64,000 nt of DNA from Candidatus Aminicenantes bacterium (GTDB lineage Bacteria > Acidobacteriota > Aminicenantia > Aminicenantales > JAFGBC01), in the NCBI GenBank assembly GCA_963702005.1, contig OY969696.1:4064001-4128000 (forward strand), read 5' to 3'. The translations under genes and the position numbers were made by a program. This document shows, piece after piece, positions 9,478-18,697 of this stretch. A model generated the notes under the pieces. The model did no database searches. It worked only from the letters and a program-made list of their open reading frames with translations, and was not told the DNA's origin. The stretch's first letter is position 1, and each line of letters opens with the position of its first letter.

Positions 9478-10641
9478 CTATTTTCGGACGCCGGGCGCCG
9501 GGCCGTAGAATGTCGCGGGATTCGATGTGTAGACGGCTCCGATAAATACGCCCTCGTTGCCGCCGGCGAATTTATGCGGCTCGGGCGCGCCCTTAGGCAC
9601 GAGAACGAGCTGCTTGTCGGTCTTCCCGCCGAACGAGCGCTGGTTGTCGCCCGTCTTGAAGTAATAGGCATTGCGCAGGATGAAGGGCTTCCATTCGGGC
9701 AGGACTTCCGCTCCGACTCTGCAGGCGACGGGCCGGTCGGCCGCGAAGGCCGCCTGGAGTTCGATGCCGTTGAGGGGCACTCCGTCGAGCTCGCCGATCG
9801 CCCCGTACTGCCCGTCCGCCAGGACCCACTTGTGGAACTGCTCCAGCCAGACTTCCGCGACCGAATGGGCTTCGCTGCGGGTTTCGACGTCGCGCGGCAG
9901 AAGGTTGACCAGGCGGGCCGGCATTCCGTAAGCTTTGGCCACGCCGGCCATGACGATGGCATACTCCCGGCAAATGAAACGCCCGCCCTTCTGCGCCTCC
10001 CTCAGAATCGTGACGGGATCGGACTTGGAAGCCATCTGATTCGGACTGTGCTGCCAGCGGCTGCTGACCCACCGCGTCAGGCGGCACAGCCGCTCGTAAT
10101 CGTCTTTCGCTCCGGCCACGACGGCGTCGATCGCAAATTCGCGCCGCATGTCCTGCAGTTCCTTCGTTTCCGGCGAGTCGAACAGAACCTGGAACTCCGG
10201 CGGGCTCTGGCTGAGATCCCACTCGAGCGGGCGGGGGCCGTATTTGGCCTTGAGATCAGTGACCAAGAGCGTGAATTCGGGATCGCTCCGCAGGCACTCG
10301 AAGTCGGCGTCGCTCGCGAAACTGGCGGCGTCCGTGAAGCCGGCCGCGATGCAGTCCCGGACGGCGGCGACGGCCTGCGCCTTTTGTCCCGCGAGGGCAT
10401 GGACGCAGGCCTTATTGTAGAGCACTCCGGCCCGGACTTCCCGGTTGCCGAGGCGGTCGGCAAGCTCCAACTGGCGCTCGATGACGCGAAGGGCGCCCGC
10501 CCAGTCTTTCTGGCTGTATAAGCGGGCCAGCTCCCGGCTCGAATCCTGAAGCTCCTTCTCCACGGACGTCTGGGCCGACGCCGTGAGACACAGCAGCAAG
10601 GCCGTCAAACCCGCGCCAACGATTTTCTTGATTCGAATCAT
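9478..10641 (-). CDS. Secreted TPR plus transglutaminase-like domain protein
   Basis: Signal peptide; YNKACVHALAG TPR; Cys-His-Asp triad in FICREYA, HSVAEVW, WVLAD. Confidence 0.8.
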   Translation of the reverse strand: MIRIKKIVGAGLTALLLCLTASAQTSVEKELQDSSRELARLYSQKDWAGALRVIERQLELADRLGNREVRAGVLYNKACVHALAGQKAQAVAAVRDCIAAGFTDAASFASDADFECLRSDPEFTLLVTDLKAKYGPRPLEWDLSQSPPEFQVLFDSPETKELQDMRREFAIDAVVAGAKDDYERLCRLTRWVSSRWQHSPNQMASKSDPVTILREAQKGGRFICREYAIVMAGVAKAYGMPARLVNLLPRDVETRSEAHSVAEVWLEQFHKWVLADGQYGAIGELDGVPLNGIELQAAFAADRPVACRVGAEVLPEWKPFILRNAYYFKTGDNQRSFGGKTDKQLVLVPKGAPEPHKFAGGNEGVFIGAVYTSNPATFYGPAPGVRK

Positions 10642-10841
10642 GGTCCCTCCCTATAAAAGACCTTCTAAAGCAAATACGCCCAGGACTTCCAGAAAGTTTA
10701 CGCTCTTTTTTAGAATAAGCGCCGGTGCCGGACGAACAAGCTCCTCCATCATTTTTTTCGATCAGGTAACGAATAGGCGGGGATTCATGTATTATCTTAT
10801 ACATGATCTCTTTTGAGCCGCTCGGGCATAAGGAGGCCGCT

Positions 10842-12329
10842 ATGAAGTCCAAAATCTTCGCCGCTCTCATGATCTGTCTGTTTCTTACCGGAGCCCTCTG
10901 GGCCCAGCAGCCCGGCGAGCAGAGCTACAGCGACAGCCCGAGCCTGCTCCAGGGGATCAAGGGCGAGCGGGTCCGGTCCGTCATCGACACCATAAACTCG
11001 AGCGACCCGGATCGAGTCCGCCGTTTTATCAACGAGGAATGCACCGGCTCCTTCCGGACGGGTATTCCGATGGACGAGCACGTCCAAACGCTTTTGGGAT
11101 TTTTCCGGCAAACCGGGGGCGTCGATTTCTTCGGCATCCGAAGCTATGTTCCCGAACGCAAGGGCGAAACCGTCGTTATCGTCAAGGACCGGAACCTGGA
11201 AAGCTGGTGGGGCATCACGCTCCGCTTCACGGAGAGCCCCGAAGCCCTGATCCAAGGCATCGGAATCAGCCCGGCTCGCGCGCCGTCAGGATTGAAGGAA
11301 GCGCCCCTGACCGAAGGCGAGTTCGCCGCGCAAACCAAGGCGCTTATCGACAAGCTCATTGCCAAGGGCGCATTTTCGGGGGCTCTCCTGGTCGCCAAGG
11401 GCGACAAAGTGCTGCTGACCTCGGCCGGCGGAGAAGCCAGCAAGGCCTTTCACGTCCCGAACAACGTCGACACCAAGTTCAACCTGGGATCGATGAACAA
11501 GATGTTCACCTCGACGGCGATCATGCGGCTGGTCGAACAGGGAAAACTCTCTCTCGACGACCCGATCTCCAAGTTCCTGGACGAGTCTTGGCTTCCTAAG
11601 TCCGTAACCGAAAAGATCACAATCCGCCATCTCCTGACCCACTCCTCCGGGCTGGGGAGCTACTTCAACGAGACCTATGACAAGAGCTCCCGGGCGCTCT
11701 TCCGCAAGCTCGACGACTACAAGCCCCTGATCAAGGACGACCGGCCGGCCTTCGAACCGGGCAGCCGCTTCCAGTACAGCAACACCGGGATGTTCCTGCT
11801 GGGCGTCGTCATCGAGAAGGTCACCGGCCAGGGTTATTTCGAACACATCCGAAAGGCCATCTACGAACCGGCCGGGATGACGAACAGCGACTCCTACGAG
11901 ATGGACGTCCCGGTCGAAAACCTGGCCATCGGGTACAGCCCCGATCCGTCCAGTCCCACCGGCTGGAGGAATAACCTTTATACTCACGTCATCAAGGGCG
12001 GTCCGGCCGGAGGCGGGTTCTCGACGGTCAAAGACCTCCACAAATTCGCCCTGGCCCTCCTGGCCGGGAAATACGTCTCTCCGGAGAGCCTGAAGATGAT
12101 GTGGACGGACCACCTCAAGGCCAACTACGGCTTCGGGTTCACGGTCGACCAAGGCCCCGCCGGCAAGGTCGTCGGGCACAGCGGCGGCTTCAGCGGGATC
12201 AACTCCGAGCTCGATATCTACCTGGATTCCGGGACTATCGTCGCCGTTATGTCCAACATCGATATGGGCGCGAGCCCGCTCGCCCGCAAGCTCGGCCAGT
12301 GGCTGGCCCGGGTCGGACCTGCGAAATAG
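10842..12329 (+). CDS. Serine hydrolase (beta-lactamase class C/AmpC-like family)
   Basis: SxxK (SMNK), LLTHSSG, YSN, GHSGG motifs; signal peptide; SD AGGAGG. Confidence 0.9.
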   Translation: MKSKIFAALMICLFLTGALWAQQPGEQSYSDSPSLLQGIKGERVRSVIDTINSSDPDRVRRFINEECTGSFRTGIPMDEHVQTLLGFFRQTGGVDFFGIRSYVPERKGETVVIVKDRNLESWWGITLRFTESPEALIQGIGISPARAPSGLKEAPLTEGEFAAQTKALIDKLIAKGAFSGALLVAKGDKVLLTSAGGEASKAFHVPNNVDTKFNLGSMNKMFTSTAIMRLVEQGKLSLDDPISKFLDESWLPKSVTEKITIRHLLTHSSGLGSYFNETYDKSSRALFRKLDDYKPLIKDDRPAFEPGSRFQYSNTGMFLLGVVIEKVTGQGYFEHIRKAIYEPAGMTNSDSYEMDVPVENLAIGYSPDPSSPTGWRNNLYTHVIKGGPAGGGFSTVKDLHKFALALLAGKYVSPESLKMMWTDHLKANYGFGFTVDQGPAGKVVGHSGGFSGINSELDIYLDSGTIVAVMSNIDMGASPLARKLGQWLARVGPAK

Positions 12330-12364
12330 TCAAACCCTCGACACTTCTATGATGGCGAAACGCA

Positions 12365-12525
12365 AGCCCCGAGAGTCTTTTTTCTTATCTTCGTTCCTTA
12401 TGGCTGCCTCGGTTTCTTGAACCACCCTTCTATCCGCGCCTCTAAGCGCACTGTAATATCCGGTCTCGGCTCCTAAACCTCATGGAGAACGCGACTCTCG
12501 CGAGTCCGTTAAGTGTCGTCCTAGG
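12365..12525 (-). ncRNA. Predicted bridge/seek RNA of the IS1111-type element
   Basis: Guide segments match the reconstructed target (CGACACTT, TCCATGA) and the donor junction (ATATTAC, ATAGA); each pair flanks a short hairpin; RNA ends approximate. Confidence 0.7.
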
Positions 12526-13552
12526 CAGCCGATCGATTCATGTCCGGGAGATACGTTCTTTTCTCGGTCAAGATGCGATAGATAATGGTCAGGAGCCGCC
12601 GCGCCACCGCGATCTTGGCCGCGTTCGGCCCCTTCCGCCTGGCCAGCCGGTTGTAGAGGACTCGAAGTCCTAGGTCTTTCTTGATCGCCGGATAGACCGC
12701 CTCCAGCGCCGCCCATCTCAGCCAGGCGCTCCCCTGTTTGGTGATCCGCCCATGATATGTCCGCTCTCCCGACGCATAGGTCGAAGGAATTACCCCGGCG
12801 TAGGAGTGAAGATGGGCCGGACTGGAAAACCGTTGGATATCCGCGATCTCCACCGCGACCAGTACCGCCAGCGTCGTGGCAAAACCCGGGATGCTGTCGA
12901 TGCGGGAGGCCTCCTCGATCGTTCCATACAAGGCTTGGACCCTTCCATCCGACGCCTTGATATGAGCTTGGGTTTCTTGATGTCCCCGCAGAAGATCGTC
13001 CAAGACCATCTTGTCCGGTCCCTCCAAGGGAAGCCGGCTGAGGAACTCGATCCCGCGGCCGCTGAACAGCCCGCCCGTTCGCTTGTCCACCTCCAGCCGG
13101 ATCTCTTCCTTCTGCTGAGCCAAGAGCGCCCGGATCTTGTTCTTGATTTCCGTCTGGATCCGAACCCAATAGGCCCGGGCTCTCAGCACTCTTTGCGCTT
13201 GCCGGTTCGCCTCGCCTCGTTGATAGATTTCCGGAATCAGGTCCGCCCGTAAAAGCTGGGCCAGTGTCCGGGAATCCCGCTTGTCCGTCTTGATCCGGGC
13301 ATGGGCGATCGCTTTGACCTGAAGCGCATTCGCCATTTTCACCTCGCCGCCCAGTTCCCTGAGAAGATCCGCCATCACATAGGAGGACCGCCCAGCTTCG
13401 AGAACGGCCGTGAACGGATGAAACCCCTTGAGGAAGGTCTCGACATTCCTCCTGAGGTTGAAGACGCGCCCCGTCTTCAGTTCCCGTCCGTCTTCGGCCA
13501 GAACCGTCAGCTGAGAGGCTTGCTTGTGATGGTCGACACCGATAAAATACAT
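12521..13552 (-). CDS. IS110 family recombinase/transposase
   Basis: IGVDHHK, VLEAG, KTDKRDS (DEDD RuvC), SIPGF, YAGVIPSTYASG catalytic Ser, AKIAVARRL. Confidence 0.95.
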   Translation of the reverse strand: MYFIGVDHHKQASQLTVLAEDGRELKTGRVFNLRRNVETFLKGFHPFTAVLEAGRSSYVMADLLRELGGEVKMANALQVKAIAHARIKTDKRDSRTLAQLLRADLIPEIYQRGEANRQAQRVLRARAYWVRIQTEIKNKIRALLAQQKEEIRLEVDKRTGGLFSGRGIEFLSRLPLEGPDKMVLDDLLRGHQETQAHIKASDGRVQALYGTIEEASRIDSIPGFATTLAVLVAVEIADIQRFSSPAHLHSYAGVIPSTYASGERTYHGRITKQGSAWLRWAALEAVYPAIKKDLGLRVLYNRLARRKGPNAAKIAVARRLLTIIYRILTEKRTYLPDMNRSAA

Positions 13553-13652
13553 CTGCGCACCTCCTTAAAAGAATTTGAGTCGACGTGTAATCTATCACAG
13601 TATTACCCGTCAGGGAGGTGCGTTTCGCTATCATGTTACCTCATGGAAGCCC

Positions 13653-13807
13653 TGAGTGCAGGCGTTTCGCAGTACTCATACTAAACGGGAAACGGTTTAG
13701 TATGGGTGCTGCAAGGCTGCTACCGGGCATGAAGGCCGGCACTCATAAGCCGTTTCCGGCTTATGGGTACTGCGAAACCGCCGCACTCATGAACCGGAAA
13801 CGGTTCA
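13653..13807. repeat. Nested palindrome cluster (REP doublet/BIME-like)
   Basis: Three hairpins with GAAA/TTTC loops (13669-13712, 13741-13768, 13790-13807) and an outer IR at 13653-13675 / 13767-13789. Confidence 0.75.
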
Positions 13808-13944
13808 GCGGTTAAGACCTCCCGTCAACCTGTTCGAAACTCTTCGGGCGCATTCCCACCCCTGTGGCTTGGAGACTTTTTGAATGAGTGCTGCATGCTT
13901 AGTGTGCCCCGTCCTATCCTCCGGGGAGGACCCCCTCAGGCGGG

Positions 13945-15387
13945 TCAGCGCTTCAACAGGGTCGGAGGGCCCTCGGGGATAAAAGGCTTGTAGACCACGC
14001 CCTTGGTTTTCTCCCGGAATTCGGCCTGAACGGCCTCGAGGATCTTGGCGTCTTCGAACAGGTCCACCATCGTCGTCGCCAGAGCCTTGGCCGCGTAGAC
14101 CAGCCCTTTGTGGCCGATCGACATCCCTCCGCAGGCGACGACGGGCCAGGCGTGCCAGGGAGCGTCCACGGGCGCCGTAGTGGCGTTCATGCTCAGGGTG
14201 GGAACGATCCAGCTCACGTCGCCGACGTCCGTCGAGCCGCCTTCCGGATCCGGCTTCGGCGCCGACCACGGCTGGACCGCGCCGTCGAGGCCCTTCGGGT
14301 CTATGCCCGTCGCGCGCTGGATCTCTTTGGCGAATTCCTGCTCCTCCGGCGTGAACTTGATCGGGCCGAGCCTCATGAGGTTGGCGAACATCACTTTTTC
14401 CCCGGTCAGGTTGACGAGGGTCTCCCAGTTGCCCCCCTGCACCGTGATCTTCGATTCGACTTCAGCCATCATGGCCGCACCCTCGGCGATCCGGCGCGCC
14501 CAGGCGAGAAGCTGCTCCACCCCGGCCCCCTTCGAATCGCGAAGCCAGCACCAGAGCCTGGCGTAGGCCGGCACGACGTTCGGCACGTCGCCCCCGTTCA
14601 GAATCGAGTAGTGCATTCGGACGGTGGGCTTGACGAATTCGCGCATGCGGTTCAAGCCCGTGACGAAGAGCTCCAGAGCGGCCACCGCGCTGCGGCCGTT
14701 CCAGGGGTCGCCCGCCGCGTGCGCGGTTTTGCCCTTGAACTCCAGGATAAAGTCGACGATGGCCTGCGAGCCGTCAACGGAGACCCGGGTCTTCTCGTCG
14801 GGGTGCCAGGCCAGGCAGACATCGAGGTCCTTGAAGAACCCCTCCCGGATCATGTACACCTTGCCGCCGACGGCTTCTTCGGCGGGCGTCCCGTAGAACC
14901 GGATCGTCCCCTTGAGTTTGCCCGCGGCCATCAGGTCCTTGACGGCCAGGGCGGCCCCGAGGGCCGCCGTGCCCAGGAGGTTGTGCCCACAGCCATGGCC
15001 CGGCGAACCGGCCTGCAGGGCTTCCTTCACAGGCTGGACTCTCTGGGACAGGCCCGGCAGGGCGTCGTATTCGCCCAAAACTCCGATGATCGGCCGGCCC
15101 TCCCCGTAGCTCGCCACGAACGCGGTCGGCATGCCGGCCACGCCGCGTTCGACCGTGAAGCCTTGTTTTTCGGCATAGTCCGCGAGCAGCTTCGAGGAAC
15201 TCGTCTCCAGCAAGGCGGTTTCGGCGAACGCCCAGACCTGATCGCTCAGGCCGATGATTTCGGTTCTGTGTTTTTCGATGGAGGCAACAGCTTCCTCTTT
15301 TTTCTTGACGGAGGCGCCGGCCGCCAGCTGGGAAATAATCAACAGAGCGGCGAGCAGGACTACGGCGTTCGGAAGACGTGTTTTCAT
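13945..15387 (-). CDS. M20 family amidohydrolase (AbgB-like), secreted
   Basis: GEYDALPG, HGCGHN, GTPAEE, WHP, GSTDVGDVSW motifs. Confidence 0.88.
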   Translation of the reverse strand: MKTRLPNAVVLLAALLIISQLAAGASVKKKEEAVASIEKHRTEIIGLSDQVWAFAETALLETSSSKLLADYAEKQGFTVERGVAGMPTAFVASYGEGRPIIGVLGEYDALPGLSQRVQPVKEALQAGSPGHGCGHNLLGTAALGAALAVKDLMAAGKLKGTIRFYGTPAEEAVGGKVYMIREGFFKDLDVCLAWHPDEKTRVSVDGSQAIVDFILEFKGKTAHAAGDPWNGRSAVAALELFVTGLNRMREFVKPTVRMHYSILNGGDVPNVVPAYARLWCWLRDSKGAGVEQLLAWARRIAEGAAMMAEVESKITVQGGNWETLVNLTGEKVMFANLMRLGPIKFTPEEQEFAKEIQRATGIDPKGLDGAVQPWSAPKPDPEGGSTDVGDVSWIVPTLSMNATTAPVDAPWHAWPVVACGGMSIGHKGLVYAAKALATTMVDLFEDAKILEAVQAEFREKTKGVVYKPFIPEGPPTLLKR

Positions 15388-15608
15388 CGGCATCCTCTCT
15401 TTCGTTTCAAGCCGGAATTCGAAGCGAGTGTGAAGTGACCCGGCCCCGTCCGGAAAGACTATATAGCTTCGTTCGAACGGCTGTCAAGAAGGGTGCGCGC
15501 TGCACCTCATCGAACCGTTCATTCCGCTATCGGTTCGGAAATCGTAATTCAGGTGGATAGGATTTTGCTTTTTCCGTGCGGGCTGAATTCTCAGTCTGAA
15601 CGATGAAT

Positions 15609-15637
15609 CTTTCCCCCTGACCCATGCCGGAATTTTA
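15609..15637. repeat. 29-bp perfect direct repeat, copy 1
   Basis: CTTTCCCCCTGACCCATGCCGGAATTTTA, identical at 18310-18338. Confidence 0.9.
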
Positions 15638-15684
15638 TCTCCGGCCCGGCGGCGGCGGGAGGGTGAGAATCCGGAGAAATCCGG

Positions 15685-16716
15685 CTACCATACTTTTTCG
15701 GAGTGCAGATCCCAGGCTTCGTCCTCGTCGTTATATCGAAGATAGAAATAACGGCCTTGGTAGAAACAGAAAAGGATGCCGTTGGATAGACGGCCGGTAA
15801 AGGGGAGGAAGATCCTCCGCAATTCACGCCCTTGCTGGTCGAAGACGGCGAATTCCGCCGTATCCGGGCCGTACTTATAGGTTCGGGTGACGAATTTCCC
15901 GTCGACGACGTCAAAATAATCGAGCCCCGGCGTGGCGTCGGGAAAGTAGAGACGCTTTTCGAATTCCTGCCATCTCGGCCTCATCTCCGGATCCTCCCTG
16001 ATGGGCTTGAGGATGGCCTCTTTCACGGCGGCCGTGATCTTGACCGGTTCCAGGGGCAGGCGGATCTCTTTTTGCCGGAGGCCGTTCTCGTCATAGACCG
16101 TGATGATCGATTCCTTTCCCGAAGCGATGACGAAGATTTGATCGTCTGACACCCGGGCCGAATAATAATCCCCCACGAGGTTGATCTTCTCGATGTTCAT
16201 CGATTCCCTTTGCGCGCCGATCTCTCTGATCAGCTTGAAATCTTTGTCGTATAAACGGATCGTCGTGACGACTCCCGTGGAGTCGAATTGAACATCCCTG
16301 GCCAGGAAATTCTCGCCGAGGCGATAGATCCCTCCTTTAAACACCCCGATGGTGAGCTTGATCTCATTGATGTACTCGCCCTCCAAGGAAAAGCGGGCGA
16401 GCTTATTGGAGCCCGGAATATCCAGGTGATCTTTGAAGACGCTGACGCGGTGAATGAAATCAAATTCGCCGGGGCCCTGCCCTTCGCGTCCAAAGGTTTT
16501 GACGAACGAGACGCCCTTGGCGCCGATCGTGAAAAGATGCACGGCCGCGGAATTCTCCACGATATAGACCCTGCCGTCGGAGATCGTGACAAAAAAGGGA
16601 TTCATCACCTGGGGCAGCTTGGCGACCAGCTCCCCCGCTGCCGGCTTGGCGGCGAACATTATGCCCAAAACAGAAATGAGTCCGAAAAATCGGAAAAGCG
16701 TCTTTCGACCTTTCAT
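15685..16716 (-). CDS. 6-bladed beta-propeller protein
   Basis: FGREGQGPGEF motif; signal peptide; ATG 16716 follows GGAGGT. Confidence 0.8.
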   Translation of the reverse strand: MKGRKTLFRFFGLISVLGIMFAAKPAAGELVAKLPQVMNPFFVTISDGRVYIVENSAAVHLFTIGAKGVSFVKTFGREGQGPGEFDFIHRVSVFKDHLDIPGSNKLARFSLEGEYINEIKLTIGVFKGGIYRLGENFLARDVQFDSTGVVTTIRLYDKDFKLIREIGAQRESMNIEKINLVGDYYSARVSDDQIFVIASGKESIITVYDENGLRQKEIRLPLEPVKITAAVKEAILKPIREDPEMRPRWQEFEKRLYFPDATPGLDYFDVVDGKFVTRTYKYGPDTAEFAVFDQQGRELRRIFLPFTGRLSNGILFCFYQGRYFYLRYNDEDEAWDLHSEKVW

Positions 16717-16828
16717 CCAAACCTCCCTTGGCGAGGAAACGTCTCTCCGGACCTTGAATCTCCTTCGGTAACGATGCCTCCCCTCATAAATTGATGATAT
16801 CGCCGGCCGCGGGTCGTAGTCAACCCCT

Positions 16829-18178
16829 CGCATTGAATCACGTAAAATGTTACCGAAGGAAAGCCCGTTGAATCATATAAAATGTTACCCAAATCTCCTA
16901 AAGGATAGGGTGACATGGATAGGATGGACATGCGATCACGAGAACAGTATCTGAAAGCTCTCTTGGGACGGTATCTCAGGGCCCGAAAAAGGGGGAAGAG
17001 CGCGCTTTTAGACGAATACTGCCGCAATACGGGCCTGGCGCGCAAGTCTGTTCTGCGGAAGATGGCCAGCCTCCTTAAGGGGGACTCGCGGCCCCGGAAG
17101 GCGAGACGGCGGGTGTACGGAAGGCCTGTGCGGGTGGCCCTAGAGACGCTCTGGGAGATCTTCGATCGGCCTTGCGGCCAGAGGCTGAAGCCCTTGGTCG
17201 AGGAGGAGTTGGGTAGGCTTCGCGCTTTGGGTGAGCTTGAGGTCGATGAGAAGACCGCCCGGCAACTTCGGCGGGTCTCGCCGGCCACGATCGACCGCCT
17301 CCTGAAGTCGAGGAAGACCGAATGGATCGCCCAACGGCGCTACGGGCGGGTCGGGGGGAATCTCATCGCCAAGAAGATCCCGCTGAAAATGACCGATTGG
17401 GACCTCCACCAAGTCGGGTTCCTGGAGATGGACTTGGTTCTCCACTGCGGGGCTTCGACGGCCGGCGAGTATGCCCACAGCCTCTCCGCCCTGGAGATCG
17501 GCTCGACCTGGTGGGAGGGCGAGGCGGTAATGGGCCGCGCCCAGGGCCGGATTTTCGATGCTATCAAGAAGATCCGGGCCAGGACCCCCTTCACCTGGCG
17601 GGGGATCGACTCGGACAACGACAACGCCTTCATCAACGATCAGCTCTACCGGTACACCCAGGAGGAGGGACTGGCCTTCACCCGGTCCCGGCCCTATCGC
17701 AAGAACGACAACGCCTATATCGAACAGAAGAACTTCACCCATGTCCGCCGGCCGCTGGGCTACCTGCGCTATGACACCCCCGAAGAGCTGAACCTGATAA
17801 ACGATCTATACAGAAACGAGCTGCGGCTCTTCAAGAACTTCTTCCAGCCGGTAATGAGACTCGAGCGCAAGGAACGGGTCGATGGGAAGACCCGCAGGCG
17901 CTATGCGAAGCCCCAGACGCCCTATCGGATCCTCCGGGAGTTGGGGCAACTCCCCCCGGAGGCCCTCAAAACCCTGGACGACCTCTATCGCAGTCTCAAT
18001 CCCGCCGACTTGAAGCGTCGGATCGACCAGAAGCTGAAGAGACTTTTTACCCTGTATGAGAAGAAACGCAAGGGGCTTGTCCAGGTCGATCCTTACAAAA
18101 AACTCGATCCTTCTTCGGTATCATTTTCGGTGATGCAATGACTACCGTTTCGGTAACATGGTTATATGAGTTGACACG
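16829..18178 (+). mobile_element. Insertion sequence with rve-type DDE transposase (unclassified/ISNCY-like), 1350 bp
   Basis: Imperfect terminal IRs starting CG and sharing ATGTTACCGAA; 5-bp target duplication CCCCT at 16824-16828 and 18179-18183. Confidence 0.8.
16915..18141 (+). CDS. DDE-type integrase/transposase
   Basis: GFLEMDLVLHCG, IDSDND, RSRPYRKNDNAYIEQKN (D-D-E); N-terminal HTH. Confidence 0.9.
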   Translation: MDRMDMRSREQYLKALLGRYLRARKRGKSALLDEYCRNTGLARKSVLRKMASLLKGDSRPRKARRRVYGRPVRVALETLWEIFDRPCGQRLKPLVEEELGRLRALGELEVDEKTARQLRRVSPATIDRLLKSRKTEWIAQRRYGRVGGNLIAKKIPLKMTDWDLHQVGFLEMDLVLHCGASTAGEYAHSLSALEIGSTWWEGEAVMGRAQGRIFDAIKKIRARTPFTWRGIDSDNDNAFINDQLYRYTQEEGLAFTRSRPYRKNDNAYIEQKNFTHVRRPLGYLRYDTPEELNLINDLYRNELRLFKNFFQPVMRLERKERVDGKTRRRYAKPQTPYRILRELGQLPPEALKTLDDLYRSLNPADLKRRIDQKLKRLFTLYEKKRKGLVQVDPYKKLDPSSVSFSVMQ

Positions 18179-18283
18179 CCCCTCGACTCCCCGGCATGAA
18201 GCCGGGGCTTGTTCGGGGTTAACCCTGAGCCTCGCTTCTCATCCCCGCCTTTCAGGGCGGGGTGGCGTCGGCGAACGGGTCAA
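18179..18283. repeat. REP/PATE-like palindromic element, copy 2 (inverted)
   Basis: Reverse complement of 8940-9045 with about 5 differences. Confidence 0.85.
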
Positions 18284-18309
18284 GAACCAGCAAAGCGACC
18301 AGAACCGGG

Positions 18310-18338
18310 CTTTCCCCCTGACCCATGCCGGAATTTTA
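18310..18338. repeat. 29-bp perfect direct repeat, copy 2
   Basis: Identical to 15609-15637. Confidence 0.9.
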
Positions 18339-18424
18339 ATAGTCGATGTTCTCCTCAGCCGCCGCGAGCGAGACCTGCCTGAAGACGTGGGAGGGCGGGG
18401 GGCTTCTCGGCCGCAAACGTCAGC

Positions 18425-18589
18425 TCAGCGGATGAGGTTGGCCAGGAGGCCGCCGAAGACGGCCCAGTAGATCATCGACCGGTAGCGGTTGCTGGTGATA
18501 TAACAGGCGCCGCTCCGGCAGCCGATCAGACGGTAATAAAGCAAGCCCACGCCGGCCCCGGCCACGACGCCGACAATAATCTTTATCAT
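18425..18589 (-). CDS. Small membrane protein, DUF6132-like (54 aa; absent from ORF track)
   Basis: Manual translation MIKIIVGVVAGAGVGLLYYRLIGCRSGACIITSNRYRSMIYWAVFGGLLANLIR; CxxGxC between two TM helices. Confidence 0.75.
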   Translation of the reverse strand: MIKIIVGVVAGAGVGLLYYRLIGCRSGACYITSNRYRSMIYWAVFGGLLANLIR

Positions 18590-18697
18590 CTGAACTCGCT
18601 TTCCCGAAAACTATTTCTTCAGTGCGGTGTCATTATTATTGCAGGCGGCGGCGCTTCTGTCTATGGATACGGAGAAGAAAGCCGGGAGTCAGGCGGC

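Larger units (their letters stand above)
12348..13642 (-). mobile_element. IS110 family, IS1111-type insertion sequence, intact, about 1.3 kb
   Basis: 16-bp subterminal IRs ATGATGGCGAAACGCA (12349-12364) and TGCGTTTCGCTATCAT (13619-13634) with one mismatch; TC core at both junctions (12346-47, 13641-42); non-coding region downstream of tnp. Confidence 0.88.

Noticed and set aside
12480-13634. 384-aa alternative-frame ORF spanning the IS110 element
   Set aside because: No motifs or SD; overlaps the true transposase on the same strand
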